A DNA stretch of 64,000 nucleotides from Dendrobates tinctorius (GCF_039654945.1 NW_027361725.1:11718001-11782000), one strand, 5' to 3'. Shown: positions 49,381 through 63,337, numbered from the stretch's first letter. The notes: a model not told the origin generated them from the letters alone. Numbers and translations: made by a program.

Positions 49381-50834
49381 ACGAAAAAAAACCCAGCACC
49401 TAAGGGTGAAGAAGATGGTCTAATTTGACCCTTCTCCAACGACTCCTTAATATAAGATCGCATAGCTTCGTGTTCAGGTACAGATAAGTTGAAAAGCCGA
49501 CCCTTGGGAAATTTACACCCAGGCCTCAACTCAATTGCACAGTCATAACTCCTATGAGGAGGCAGGGACGCAGACTTACTCTCACTAAATACATCATAAA
49601 AATCAGCCAAATAGTCAGGAACATCATGAGACTGTGGAGAGGTGGAGAAAACAGGAGTGTCACCAAGAGCACACCGACAGCCCCAACTCACCACAGACAC
49701 AGATTTCCAATCCAAAACTGGATTATGGATTTGCAACCAGGGGAAACCCAGAACAATAGTATCATGCAAATTATGCAGTACCAAAAATCTACAGTTTTCT
49801 TGGTGGTCTGGGGCGACCCGCATTATCACCTGGGTCCAAAACTGAGGTTTATTCTCCGCCAAAGGAGTAGCATCAATACCCCTCAAAGGAATAGGCGTCC
49901 GGCAGAGGTATCATGGGAAAACCACAACATTAAGCAAAATCCAAATCCATCAGATTCAAAGCCGCTCCTGAATCCACAAAAGCCTTGGCGGAAAATGTGG
50001 ATAAGGAGCAGATCAGAGTAATTGCCAAAAGAAACTTAGGTTGTACGCCACCCACAGCAAATGTGTGTGCAAAACATTTCTCTCGTTTAGGGCAGACAGA
50101 AATAAAATGAGGGGCATCTCCACAGAAAAAACACAGCTTATTGCGCCTTCTATACTCCTGACATTGCACCCTAGACAAAACTCTATCACATTGCATAGGT
50201 TCAGACATTTGTTGAAAAGGTGGCAACACCTCTCGTGTAGTTTTACGTTCACGTAAACGCCGATCAACTTGAATGGTTAATGACATAGGATCGTCAAGAC
50301 CAGAGGGAACAGGAAATCCCACCTTGATATCTTTTACGGTTTCTGATAAACCCTTGCGAAAGAGAGCTGCCAAGGCACCATCATTCCATGTAGTAAGGAC
50401 TGCCCACTTTCAGAATTTTTGACAGTATAACTCTGCAGAATCCTGACCCTGGTTCAATGCCAATAGGGCTTTCTCAGCTTGATCAATAGCATTAGGTTCA
50501 TCATAAAACAACCCCAAGGCTGGAAAAAATGCATCCACATTAGTCAGAATAGGATTTTCAGGTGTCAAAGAAAACGCCCAATCCTGGGGATCGCCGCGCG
50601 CAAGGAGATGGCAATTTTAACCTGCTGCGCAGAGCTCCCCGATGAGTTATGCTTCAAGGCAAGAAATAATTTACAATTATTCTTAAAATTCAAAAATTTA
50701 GACCGATCCCCAGAAAACACATCAGGAGTAGGGATTTTTGGTTCAACAGCATGTGATTGAGCGAGATAGGTGGAAATTCCCCGCACTTCAGCAGCGAGTT
50801 GCTCCACACGATCAGACAATTGCTTAATCGCCAT
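49381..50834 (-). pseudogene. Gypsy gag, protease and RT N-terminus (frameshifted)
   Basis: EPKIPTPDVFSGDR; CCHC knuckle CFFCGDAPHFISVC; protease AFVDSGA; LPPHRSYDCAIEL; IRPSSSPLGAGFFFV. Confidence 0.9.
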
Positions 50835-50959
50835 TAAGGAAAAAATCCTCCTACGGCCCCAGAGAATAAGAGGAAAAAATACATCTAAAAAAAAATTCTG
50901 ACCCTTTTTTTTTTACAATTTTTTTTTCCTGCTTTTGAATACCCTAGAATCTGCGGTAT

Positions 50960-50970
50960 TGCTGGTGATT
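50960..50970 (-). promoter_or_regulatory. Self-priming PBS of LTR family A
   Basis: Minus-strand AATCACCAGCA lies 1 nt from the 5' LTR; its exact complement is at 51653-51663 within the LTR. Confidence 0.8.
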
Positions 50971-52039
50971 CTGTTATGAATGAGTCACCGAGGAGGAAAA
51001 ACAAAAACAAGCTAAGCCCCAGAAAACCAGAGAGGTTGGTAACTAAGCAGATTGCAGACCCCTGATCCTATCCACACAACTAGCAGTAGCCGTGGAGCAT
51101 ACCTACGATGATCCTAGATACCTCGTCACAGCTGGAGAACTAAATAAGCCTAAAGCAAGAAATGGAAAAATCTAAACTGCCCCAGAGCAGACCCCAAAGC
51201 AATAGACAGCCCCCAAACATGTATTGACGGTGAGACAAGATGAAAACACAAACACAGATAGAAAAATAGGCTGAGCAAACGATGGGGCCCACACTAACTA
51301 GAAAGGACAGGAAAGGAAAGATGCTGTCTGCAATCACGCACAAAACCCTGCCAAAAAATGTCCAACACTTTCTGATAACAAAAAACCCTGAAGTCACTAG
51401 ACTTCAATTCCCTATATCAGCACTCTGGTATATTCTGAAGACATAGCAAATAGAGACCAATCTGATCAGGGACAAAAAGCAAACTGGTATAAACAGAGAC
51501 ATAAGAATAGAAATACAGCACAGCCCCAGCAGGGGCTGGCTGACCACAAAAACTGAGTAAATCAGACCAAATCTCATGTGAAAAATAGCAGAGCCAGCTT
51601 AGCTTGAGAAGGCAGGAACAGAACTGGAAACCAGAATCTCAGGGCAGGAGAAAATCACCAGCACAAAATTAGGGAGTCGGCTGTCTTAAATCCAGTCAGA
51701 GATTCATAATGTCCACTCACAGTCCTCCTCCTCAGGTGGCAGGTCTCTGCAATTTAGATCAGCTTCATTACCTGCTGTCACCACCAGAGGGAGCCCGGAT
51801 GGAGAACTCATGACTCCTCTGTGAACACAGCCATCTCCACCACCCTCACCAGAAGCCAGAGGTAAACCAGAAAATGAGTTCACAACAGCGGCCATTCCTG
51901 GGGACTAAAGCTCTGCTCCAATTTAATTTAATAGGAAGTGAAGCTGCAACACCTAGTCAGTTTGCATCATATCTAGATCTCATGACACAATATACTGATT
52001 TACAGTAATACAAGTTACCCATTACTTTCCAACACGTAA

Positions 52040-52440
52040 TCTCCAGTCATCTCAAGACCTTCTTCTCTCCTCCACTCTTGTAGGTTCCAAATAACCTCCA
52101 AAACTTCTCCCAAATGTACCCCATCCTCTGGAATTCTGTGCCCCAACACGTCCAATTATCCGCCAGTTTCGAAACTTTCAAGCACATCTCTTCAAACAAA
52201 CTTACAGCCTGCAATAACCCCGTTGGCACCTCACCCTCACCGTAGCTGCTCGCAACCCCCCAACCTGTTGTCTCCTTTCCCATTTTCCGGTAGACTAAGT
52301 CTTCATGGCAAAGGCCCTCTCTAACAGTTTGTGATTGTTAGTTTGTTCCCGGTTATTTTCTATTTGTGTTTTGTAGGTAACCCCTTCTTATATACAGCAC
52401 CGTGGAATCAATGGTGCCCTAAAAATAAATAATAATATTA
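52040..52440 (+). mobile_element. L2-like LINE 3' fragment
   Basis: Decayed ORF2 end (PILWNSVPQHV...KHLF-like), followed by a 3' tail ending aaataaataataata. Confidence 0.55.
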
Positions 52441-55400
52441 ATAAGAGGACTCAAAAGTTGTAATGCAAAGGGTCACGTGTAGTTTTTTTGCACCAAGACC
52501 AATGATTGTCCCAATATGGTTCATAAGCCCCATCCTTCATCACCATCATATCATATACAAGTAGGAAGAGTAGAAGGTTGATAGGTCACTCTTCCCATCC
52601 CTACTTTTGGAAAAGGATGTCAACATGCCAGGATTAATTTTTCTTTGGTTCATATAGGTTGGTGTTCATGATGGGCAAACACATCTGTTTCTTTTTCCTC
52701 GTGGATTGATCTCTCTCAATATTCTCAATTGACCAGTAAAATCTGTATTCATTGAAGATAGATTTTTCTATTTACTGAGAAAGGAGATAGCAAATTCTAT
52801 AGAGGAGGGAGAAGCTAGAAGCCAACACAGACATTATATTACAAGTTCTCTTGAAACCGTTACAGACCTCCATAGAACTTTGCTAGAACCAACTTCCACC
52901 TCCTAAAGGAGAACTGTAACGGTTTCAGGAGAACTTGCAGCAGAATGTCTGTCGGCCTCTAAATCCTCCGTTCTCTAAAAAAATTTTAATAGAACCAACT
53001 GTCATCACCTATTTTAGTAATGGAAAAATCAGTCTTCACTGAATACAAAAATTAATAAGAATCAAAGCAACAGTTACTGAAAACAAAATCTAATAGTAGG
53101 GTGCACTGATATTTTACTATGCTGGGAGAAACCTATGCCTACAAGGATGCTTTGCACCATAGGCTACAAATATGATTCCTCCTTCCTTAGAATTTAGAGT
53201 TCATGTCCCTGACTGTAAAGATCATCCTAGGATCTAAGGATTTCCTTAGCAATAGAGAACCAAAGCCTCAGAAAACGTAAAAACCAAACTAAACCTCTTA
53301 TGATCTGAACGGTAATTTACCAGATCGGAAGTGAATAACAGATGATGAAAACCCATTTTTTTGTTGTTGTAGGCAAATAATCACATTTCCATTATAGCCG
53401 CGTTCGTATGTTTAATTCAAGCCTGGAAATCAATAAAGGCTTCAGCATGCTCTGCTCATCTACATTCAGAGCATGGACGGACAAAGTGGCAGGATGTTGT
53501 ATCCCTGTGCTGCCTTTTTCTTGCAGATATGAATGGTAACTGCTTCTGATTATACCTGGATTGCAATTCTGGGTCATTATCTTGCTTCTTCCACTGAAAT
53601 CTACAGTTTGGCGCAGTCTGCACTTTATAACTCACGGCTTATATAGACTTACATTGCTACCAAATAGTCGTGCAGTAGAATAAACAATGCTACGTCAACA
53701 TTCCTGGCCTAGATGTAAAGGGTGGGCTCACAATATTTGTTATGACTAATTAATGCTAGGTCGCTTGCCTATGGTTCAGCTCCTTTTGTCTGTCTGTGTC
53801 AGCATGAGTCAGTGGGTGTCAAAAAAAAGTGGGGGCCATAGACTGGAATCATGTCAGCTAATAAAATGGAGGAGATTTCGAAAGATTAGAGAAAAACAAA
53901 GACTGGTTGTGTACAATTCAAATACGACAATATTCCAATGTCGAGATACATCTAGCACAGAGTCATGGCTCGGCTTTCCTTAACCTAGGATTGGTGCCAT
54001 AGATGTATATCCGAGTACCTTGCCCAAAACAGAATGGTTTGTCTCTACCAAGTCACGTCATGTCATGTCCCATCACATGTCCAACCAGGACTATTTTGGG
54101 AGGACTTGAACATGGACTCTATTCCGGGAAGACTTGGATGTGTGAAGTTCCACCAAGCAGATAGGACTTCCCAAAGATAGTGTCCCAGTCTACGCTCCAG
54201 CCAAGAATGTAACTAACTAGCAATCACTGTATAAAGAGAACCTCTCATCTGAGTTATGATGACCGAACCACAGGCATCATGAATCAGACACTGGCTGCAT
54301 TTTTTTGTGTTTCAGAGTCAATATATTTTGTGGAGCCAGTTGGGGAATATGTATCATGGCTGATAAGTCCAATTCCATCCTCGCTCTTCCTGTCCCTGCC
54401 CTGACCCCATGACTGACAAATCTTTCTCTATTTATGGGAATAAGAAGAAGCCTATCAGTCAACTAGATCAGTGCTGGGAAAAACTGGCCGGGGACAGCAT
54501 TGGACTACTCATTCCAGACACAGTCCCTTCAAAGTAGGTTTTTAGTAAAACATGCACAGTTACAATATTGTAGCAAGACTGATTCATGATGACAGGTTCC
54601 CTTTAAAAGATGGGTGAGTGGGGGGCTCTGGAAAGTAAAATTATTGCTCTCCCAGGCTAAAATTCTCCCTCCCCAATCCTCCACAGATCCTGAGCCCTTC
54701 TCATCTTATTTGTGCCATCCGTGACACACACGATTTGTAGAAGCTTCACTACTACCATTGATAGGCTGAATAGGCATTTCTTGCAGGTAAAGGACTGGAC
54801 CAGGAAGCAAGAGCCTACCCTATCCTGTGTATAATAGGACAAAAGATTGTTAAGTCTTTAAACTTAATAAGTGATGGGGCTTTACTCTACCATCATACCA
54901 AAATAAATTAATTAGCAGAAATGTATCCACTAAATTTCAAGTTTACCTTTTTCACATCTGTAGCTCCATCAATGTTTCCATTGCAAAGACATCTGTAATT
55001 GCCTTAATTTAATTTTTTTAAAAAAATGATGACAGACTACATATAAACCCTGTGTAGTCTGTTCCTGTAGCGATGGGTTACTCTAATCCATCTATCTTCT
55101 ACTTTTCACTAACCTGCTGGATCTCACTCATCTCTAGTCTGGCAGTGTCATGTAGAACCAACAAGCAAACAGTTGTGGAGGATAGTCGTTAGTCAGATGG
55201 GATCATTATAGCGCGCAGATATTGATTTTCTTTTTTTGACTTGTTTATAGTGGACTTTATTAGACCTCACAGACACTTGATGCTCCTTAATTCACTCTTT
55301 GCACCATAGGTGAACTTCTAAGTATTGCCAATAAAAGAATGTGTCCTCCGACCAAGAGAAAGTAAACATTTGAATAGAATAGACATTTGCATTAATAAAA

Positions 55401-55561
55401 GAACAGATTTCACTAAATTTGATTATTGAGAAGCTTGTTTGCAACCACTTATGTTTGTTATTTTAGTTTTCAAAGAACACGTAGCGGACTCATAGCTTTT
55501 ACACCAGAAAACTGGCTTAAAAGCTTTAAAAATTGCACTTTATTTGCACGATGCAGATATT

Positions 55562-56024
55562 AAGCCCCCGTCTCACATAGCGAAAACACTAGCGAGATCG
55601 CTGAAGCGTCACCGATTTTGTGACACAACAGCTACCTCGCCAGCGATCTTGCTACATGTGACACGCAGTGGCGACCGGCCCCCCCACTGGATATCGCTGA
55701 TTGTGCTCGAATGTCCTGGGCCATTTTTCCATCGTCGGTGTCCCCCTGGCCAGCGCGCATCGCTGTGTTTGACCCCGACGAACGACCTCGTTGGCAATGC
55801 AGAACTCAGGGACGCAGGTGGGAGTCGTCAGAATAGCTGCTGTGTGACAAGGTGCCAACGACCGCCGAGGTCGTTATACGGATCGCCGGATCGTTGCTGC
55901 ATTGCTGAAGAGATCTGCCTGTTTGGCAGCTTACTAGTGACCATTTAGCGACGCACCAGCGATCCTTACCAGGTCGTATCATTTTCGGGATTGCTGGTGC
56001 ATCGCTAAGTGAAATGGGACCCTT
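55562..56024. mobile_element. CpG-rich Harbinger-like MITE
   Basis: Imperfect ends cccgtctcacatagcga / tcgctaagtgaaatggg with TAA/TTA flanks; repeated AGCGATC/GATCGCT motifs. Confidence 0.55.
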
Positions 56025-56226
56025 AGATTTCACACCAGTTTGAATTAGCTTCGCCAAAATGGGTGGACCTGGAGAGGTGCAGCAATGCCTGCCTGTCCAG
56101 TTCACTAAAAGTGTTGGCATTTCTTATGAGAGAAGTAACATTCCTGGTGTAACATACTGAGACATTAATTCACGCACCTTCTACTTCAGCAAGACAGGTG
56201 TAGCATGTGTGTGCTCTGTGCCAGTC

Positions 56227-56658
56227 TTAAAGGTGTTGTCCACTACTCAGATAATTTCTTATGAATCACTATGTTTCCCCCAAGAACCTAACATTCTTAC
56301 CCACCTTAAGTGCACGTGTCTTTCCTTTGGTGTCAACATTGTCTCCCACAGGGCTCAAGTGACATTTTCAATCAGAGTTGGCTTCACTTTTCTCGTCTTC
56401 TGACAAATGAAGACATCCAGAGAAAGTGAAAGCTGCTATCGCTGTCACTTTCTTCAGATATCAATTACATCCATAGTAGAAGAGATTGAAGCCAGCGCCA
56501 CAAGGATGATGTGACAATGTCACGTGAGCCCCAGGAGAGTTAGTGCCAACACCACTGGAATGGCTCCCACACTACAGGTGAGTATAAGTGTTGTTATTTT
56601 ATTGGGGGGAATTTAGGGATTCAGAAGGGTTTGACTGAGTAGTGAACAACCTCTTTAA
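56227..56658. mobile_element. TTAA-flanked (T2/Kolobok-like) MITE
   Basis: ttaaaggtgttgtccactactcag ... ctgagtagtgaacaacctctttaa. Confidence 0.6.
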
Positions 56659-56807
56659 TGAATCACTCACACCCAGGTCTCATGAATACAACCTCAACCC
56701 CATATTTCAGGACAAAGGCTAATTCATGAAAGCATATTGCTACAGTATTTCTTGTCTATAATCACAATTCTATGCCCAATAATCTTTTTTCCTTTTTGCC
56801 TCTTGGA

Positions 56808-57222
56808 TTAAAAAGGTTGTCCACTAGTTTTACACTGATGGCCTATCCTTAGGATAGGTCACTAATGTCTGATAGGCCAAGCTGCAACACCTGGCATCCC
56901 CGCCGATCACCTGTTATTGGTATCAGCGGCAGTTGACGCCGGCCCGAATTACTTGCGGAGCTGATTGTCTACTTATTGTGGCTGGGGCTTGGAATTGCAC
57001 ATCCAGTTCCTATTCAAATCAAAAGGAGGCAGATGTGTAGTACACTGCTTTGGCCACTACATGTAGACGTCCAGCTCTGCAAGTAAGTACTTCTGGGCGG
57101 CCACGGCCACTGACACAGATAACAGCTGATCAGCGGGGGCGCAGGGTGTCAGACCCCAGCTGATCAGACATTGATGACCTAAAGATAGGCCATCAATTTA
57201 AAAGCAGTGAACAACCTCTTTA
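56808..57222. mobile_element. TTAA-flanked (T2/Kolobok-like) MITE
   Basis: ttaaaaaggttgtccact...tgatggcctatc / gataggccatca...agtgaacaacctctttat. Confidence 0.6.
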
Positions 57223-57769
57223 TTTGGAGATAAGAAATTGTTGTATGTTCCATCTTTAATGTACAATGGAGGTATGAGCCTGTAACTTGCTAGTAGAATA
57301 TGCCATACATGCAGGTCCCATCAACTGGACTTGCATATATTTCAAGAACAAGTCCCTGAGTTGCCCCTCTGTCAGTGACTGACAACATGATGGCGGTTGT
57401 GGCACTCTGCAGAAATAATGCCGAACAGCTAGAACATTGCTTGTTCATAGCAGATGAGAATTGATGTGCTATGCAAATTGCACAGACCCCTGTGGCACAC
57501 TGTTGTATTAACTTATAGCAGTTGTCAACATGATGGTTGTATGCCAATCTTCCCAATAATCAGCCAATAATATAATGTATATGTGGGCATCCCAAGTGTC
57601 GCAATGGCAGATGTTGGGGGAAAGAAGGATTAATCCACTTTAATTAAATATTTTCTAAATAAATAGACAACATTGATAACGAATATAATGTGGAACACAT
57701 CGTGAAGCAAACCATGAGCATTCTTATACAAACAAACAACACAACTCATAGGTCTGATATTACATACTT

Positions 57770-58700
57770 TATTATTTCAGATTTGATTTAATTCAAAATA
57801 TCAGAGGAAAGGTTGGAAGGATGTGATCTGTATTTTAAGTTATTAGGAAAGCAAGGGAGATAGTTACATAATGAGAAGGAATGAAAAGGGAGGGGAGGAG
57901 GAGGGAAAAATGTGGTAGAAGACATAGGCAGAGCAAAGAAGGAAGATATTTATCTTTTATATAGCAGTAAATAGCAAATAAGATTCAGGGGAATCCAAGA
58001 ATAGGATCCAAGGTCTCCACACTTGCAGAAACAAATCAGTGGTATCATTGAATTCGAAAGTTAGGTCTTCCATTTTAAAAAGATGGGTCATCCTCAGAAA
58101 CCTTTCAGCTAAAGTTGTAGATTGAGGTGATTTCCAGGGCAAAAGTAGATGAGTGGCTGTTAAGCAGAAACTCAATAGACCTTTTTCTGAGCTTTGACAA
58201 ACCCTTGGAGAATGGCCAACAAAGCCACCTGTGAAAAGTTATCCACTCTGTCTTTTGTTTGGTTTGCCCGACTGTAAGTGGTCAAAGATTACCAAAATGG
58301 CTTTAGGTTGTCGCAACCCCACCATGTATGTAGCATGGTACGCCTTTCCCTATCACATCATCAGCATCTATCAGAAACAGAGGGAAAAATGGAATGAATA
58401 GTTGTGGGACAACGATACCATCAGGCAAGTATCTTGTAGTTTTGCTCTCGTGCTGTGCACACTAATGAAAATTTGTGCGGAAATAAATAGGTCTTTTTCC
58501 AATCATCTTCTGAGAAGTCGACTCCCAATTCCTCCATCTACTTCTCATTATATTTTGGTCTATTAGTTTCACCACTTTGACCCAAGGGAGCATACATAAG
58601 GGGCACAGTATATGCAGGTGGTGAATCCATCAGAAAAAGGTTTTTATATTGGGTAGGAGTAGAAGAATAAAGTTTTGATGTGCCCAAGGAGGACAGGAAC
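57770..58700 (-). mobile_element. L1-like LINE 3' fragment
   Basis: Decayed ORF2 C-terminus: cysteine-knuckle remnant (TMLHTWWGC) and WKSP...FKMEDLT...VWRPW. Confidence 0.65.
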
Positions 58701-60019
58701 TATTTTAGGAATCAGGCATGTTGGAGTTTATCATGTCAGCTCCTATACGAGCAAAGAAATGTCTGGGCTTATACCTAATGAAATAAACATGCATGTTCTT
58801 CCAAGACAACATGCATGCTTATAGCAAATCCTTGAAATAATCCAACATTTTTGGAATTTCAGTTGACTAAGGATCCAAAGCATTTCTATAAAGAAAAGTA
58901 GCGAGGCAGAAAACACTTGCAAATGTATTTTGGCTAGTTTGCATTTCTGATATTCTCTTTACTTCTTTCTGTCTCGTTTGTAAATTCTCTTGGAAATCGG
59001 CTTTGGCATCGTGGACATTGAATTAAAAAATGCATTTTTTTATTGTGAATACAAGACAGAACAAGTCAGGCGTAGTAAATCTTAGCGCCTGCAGTGTTCC
59101 CAATCTATTGCAGGTACCCAAGGCATCGTGAAATAAAGTGACTTATCTGTCATCATTTTGAGTGTTCTACAAAAAAAAAAAATCGGAAAAGGCTGGATCA
59201 TACTCGGCCGCCTTAGCCACCGATCCATCTCTTCCAACATCCTTCATTTCTGAGTCAAAGTTTTGAAAAGATAAGATAATTACCATAATTGTGATGGGAA
59301 GTCGCATGTTAACAGTCTTGTGGACATATACAATGCCGAGTTCTTGATAACATTCTAGTCTCTGACTGTAATGAAGAATAACAGAGACCCGCTGTGATCC
59401 GCGGTATGTCAAGCTGTGTTTCTGTCTCTAACAAGCGTAAGATGATACAATCACCATCCATGGGATTGCTCCACATTCCCCTCTATGTTCTATATTGCTG
59501 AGGACTTGTAACAACATCTTCTCTGCGCTTAACAAGTCTTAGTCAACCACTTATTTTACGGATCATGTTAAAGACACACAGTTGTTAAAAAGGACGTGAT
59601 TTCTCCCCCACAGCCATCATGTTTTTCTTGATCTTTCTATGAGAAAAATATTTGGTGAATAAATGAAGATACTCCAAATTCTCCATTTTTGGATTTTTTT
59701 TAAATTGGTCTACAAATAGAGTTGGCTAAAATGTTGAGATCTGCTGTTTCGTAAAAATGTAAAGTTAAATATCAGATGATAAATATTTAAAGTTTTCAAT
59801 TATGATACCAGGGATTGAGCTGTGACAAACATAACTAAAAGGTGATGTATTCAAAATCCAAAAATGTACAATTGGCTATATTTGGCTATCAGCGAATTTA
59901 GTTAAAGGGAATCCGTCAGCAGGATCAACCATCCTAAGCCATCGGTATGAAGGTAATAGGAAGCTGAATAAAATGATATCTTTCTCTCAGATATCCCTTT
60001 GACTTACCATGGGGGGAGA

Positions 60020-60792
60020 AGAATATTTAGAATTGAGAGTCCTCAGTGGTTGATACCTTTTAATGGCTAACTGAAAAGATGGTAACACATTGCAAGCTTT
60101 GCAGACTACTCAGGTCTCTTCATCATGCTCCACTAATACAAAATCTGAAGAATAACATATTTATACACAACACAGCACAGAAATAACGCAATAGATAAGA
60201 CAAGTGATGTGAAGCAGAATTGTCATTATGGGAGAGGGTTAAACATAAATATTGGAGCAGTTCATAGATAAGGAGCCTGAAAGTTTTATTGTACTCTGAT
60301 GGGTTCTAGTTCTGTGTTGTGATGCCCCAGAAGGTCTGAAGAGCAAATTCCTTAATTGATGTAAAAAGACATAAATCCATACGACACATTCATTCCTGCA
60401 ATGAGAGTGTCAAAAGTTGTCATAAATTTGTACTCAGAGACTCTTCTGTCTCTCTGAGACTTGAAGTTACCTTTTAATACAAGTAATTTAATGTCCATCA
60501 TGCTATGACCGGGGATACAAAAATGTTTTGCCACAGGTAGATCCATTCTTTTTTCTCTTACTGTGTGGCGATGAGAATTCATCCTTGTTCTCAGTTTTTG
60601 CCCGGTCTCCCCCACATACAGACCCCCAGTTGGACATTTAGTACAAATAATTAAGTACACCACATTAGATGTGATGCAGCTGAAAGTATCTGGGATCTTG
60701 TAGTCCTGATGTGAGTTGGGGATCTTTATCTTGTCCGTGGTCATTATAAATGGACAGGTTTTACATTTTTTCTGGTTGCAAGGATAGGTTCC
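60020..60792 (-). mobile_element. Penelope-like element 3' fragment
   Basis: GIY-YIG ORF followed by a pLTR with a degenerate hammerhead motif at about 60090-60130. Confidence 0.85.
60352..60744 (-). pseudogene. Penelope GIY-YIG endonuclease domain (5'-truncated ORF)
   Basis: SNVVYLIICTKC...LYVGETGQKLRTRMNSHR...PVAKHF. Confidence 0.85.
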
Positions 60793-63337
60793 TTGCCAGT
60801 TTCAGCTCACCATGTGACCCGTGGAAGCGCCTTCTCCGCGCGAAACGATCGTCATTGTTCCTTTTCAGCACCCGTTCTCCCATTAACATGCTTTTATAAT
60901 AAAGCCTTGCTACTTTACCCAGTGAGTGCCATTCTTTCTACGTTTTTGCAATCAGAATATGAAAGTGATGAGAAAGTAAAACAACCTCCACCCAATATTT
61001 TTATGGTATTTTCTTTGCATTTGTGGTCCATCTTTAAAGACCATGAATGATGAAGCTCTTTATGACATCATTGAGCTGGAAACTTCTTAGCCATTAGGAA
61101 TGGTATATTGCTTTGTTTTGTTTTCTACTTTGTTTAATGTATTTCTTGCTGCATTAAAACTAAAGAGAACGGAAAAGTGTTGCTCCTGAAATTTGATTTC
61201 AACAGTTTGCATGAATTAGACCAGGAAATTTGATGCAAATCGAATGTGCCTTATGAGGTGTGGTCTTTCTAAACCTCAGAGTATAATGAACATTTCCATC
61301 CTAGTATTTTCCATCCAATTCTCCAAGCGGCTCCCTTTGACTTCTATTACTTTTCCATGGTACACATTTTTCTCTTCTTCAACTCTTTGCTCGGACATGC
61401 AACAGCGAGTAGGCTAAGCTCTAAATCTACAATGAAGGTTTTGATGTTATGCTTATTGCCCAAGGTCTACTCAATGCCAGGAGTGCCAGTGTAGAGTGGA
61501 GATGGAGGAAAAAGATGTGAGGTGCCATGGAGGACTAAAGAAGAGCCTGAAGGGACCGGACAGTGAGGTAGTTGAGTTGCAATGCAAATATTTTTTTTCT
61601 CACCCCTTTCTCTGCCCTGTACAAATCAGCAAAATTGTGGCTGGTCTACTACCATTTTGCTGGATTTATACAAAGCAAATGAGAAAACAAATTCAGATTC
61701 GGGAGAATCTGAATTTTTTTAATTTGAGGTAATTTCCATTTGTCTTGTAGGGATTCACTTGTTTGTACTATGGAGCTGTCTACCTGATGAGTATTTGTCT
61801 CCTGCTTTCGTCCCTTTGGCATTAGCCACACATCTATAATTAATCAGTAATTCTACATCTGTAGAATATTTGAATAAATATGTAAAAAAAAATCAATGGA
61901 AATAAATTGTCAAGTGGTGAACCCATCGGGTCAAGGTTGGGAAATAATCAGTCAGATTTGCATTCTAAGTGACAAGCCTGGTGGAGGAATCCTCAGGTGA
62001 CTCCGTGGTGGGTCAGGGTTAGATGGAGGAACTGACCTGAGAGTAATAAGAAGGATTCTCTCCTGCCACTGAACAAAGATGTTGTGATTGACTGGTCCTA
62101 GTCTCTGCTTGACCTGTGTTCTGCATCTACCCGGTAGACAGTCATGCAAAGTAATAATAAACCAAGAGGATAAAACAGAGCAGCACTCATAAAAGAAGGG
62201 ATGCTGTTTTTCCTGAGAATTTTAATTCTGTTGCTTATTAATGGGTTGCTAATTAATGTCTTGCGCAGCAATTGACTCATTGTTTTATAATAATCTAACC
62301 CAAAACTACAAAGAAATGATTCCATCTCTGGAGTGGAAACATATGAAGGGATAACGAGAAGCGAAGAGATAACAAGGAAGGGAAGCTGTACCTGATATAA
62401 ATCCAATCCATTGGTCTATGTAATTGTCTATCATCTATCTAATTATCCATGATTCTTCTATTTATCTAATGTATTGTATAGAATGTAGATTATACTTATA
62501 CACGGAATGTACTTAGCACACAAACTGGCCAATTTGTGTGAGCCCAATGACTGCGACAAGGTAACCTGGCTCCAACGGGACCCAAACCATTTCTATCAGA
62601 CATCTCTTACAGGTCAAAAAGCTAAAAATTTTAAATGGCAGGTAGGAGCCAGAGCCAAATAAAAATAAAAAAGCAGCCTTAAGTGGATGAGGAGAAGAGC
62701 TCAGACAAATGTGGGGGCAGTCACCACCTTCAACAGTATACTGCAAAAAAAACAAACAAACAAAAAACTATCAATCACCTTTCTTTTATTTTGCTCCCTG
62801 TCTAACAGTCAGGAGAAGGATAAATAGATAATTAGATAAATATATCTATAGTTCTATGTATTTTCTCTGTTTCTTATGAATTATGCATCTAAGATGATCC
62901 ATTTCTCTTTTATCTATTTCTTGTTTATATCTGTGTATTGATCGGCATCTCTATGGTGCTTATGCTTGCTCGGGAACATTTAGGTGATGCTTCTATGCTT
63001 CCGGGCTTGTGCGGTTCACTTTCATCGCCGTGGACCAGGTAGTTGGCATACACCACTTAAAATGGCCTCCACCCGCTGTTCCCTGATCATGGGATCAGAA
63101 TTTAGGGTATTTAAAACTGTATGGGACAGTTTAATGTCAGAACCCCCCCCCCGAGAAAGTGTCATCTACACATGCGAAACGTGTGTCTGGGAGCATGTTT
63201 TAATAGCAACTCCACAGCCTGTTTGCACAATCGCATCAATGCTCTTACCCATATATTACCTATGAAAGGATATATCTGTTTGTACATACATGAAGGATAT
63301 TTTTCTTTGTACTGGGTTAGCCAGTAGATAGAAAAAC

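Larger units (their letters stand above)
35945..51887 (-). mobile_element. Ty3/Gypsy chromovirus (sushi-like, family A), full length, inactivated by nested insertions and frameshifts
   Basis: 5' LTR 50972-51887; 3' LTR 35945 to ~36684 (U3 truncated); TSD GCGGCC at 35939-35944 and 51888-51893; domain order gag-PR-RT-RH-IN-chromodomain. Confidence 0.95.
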
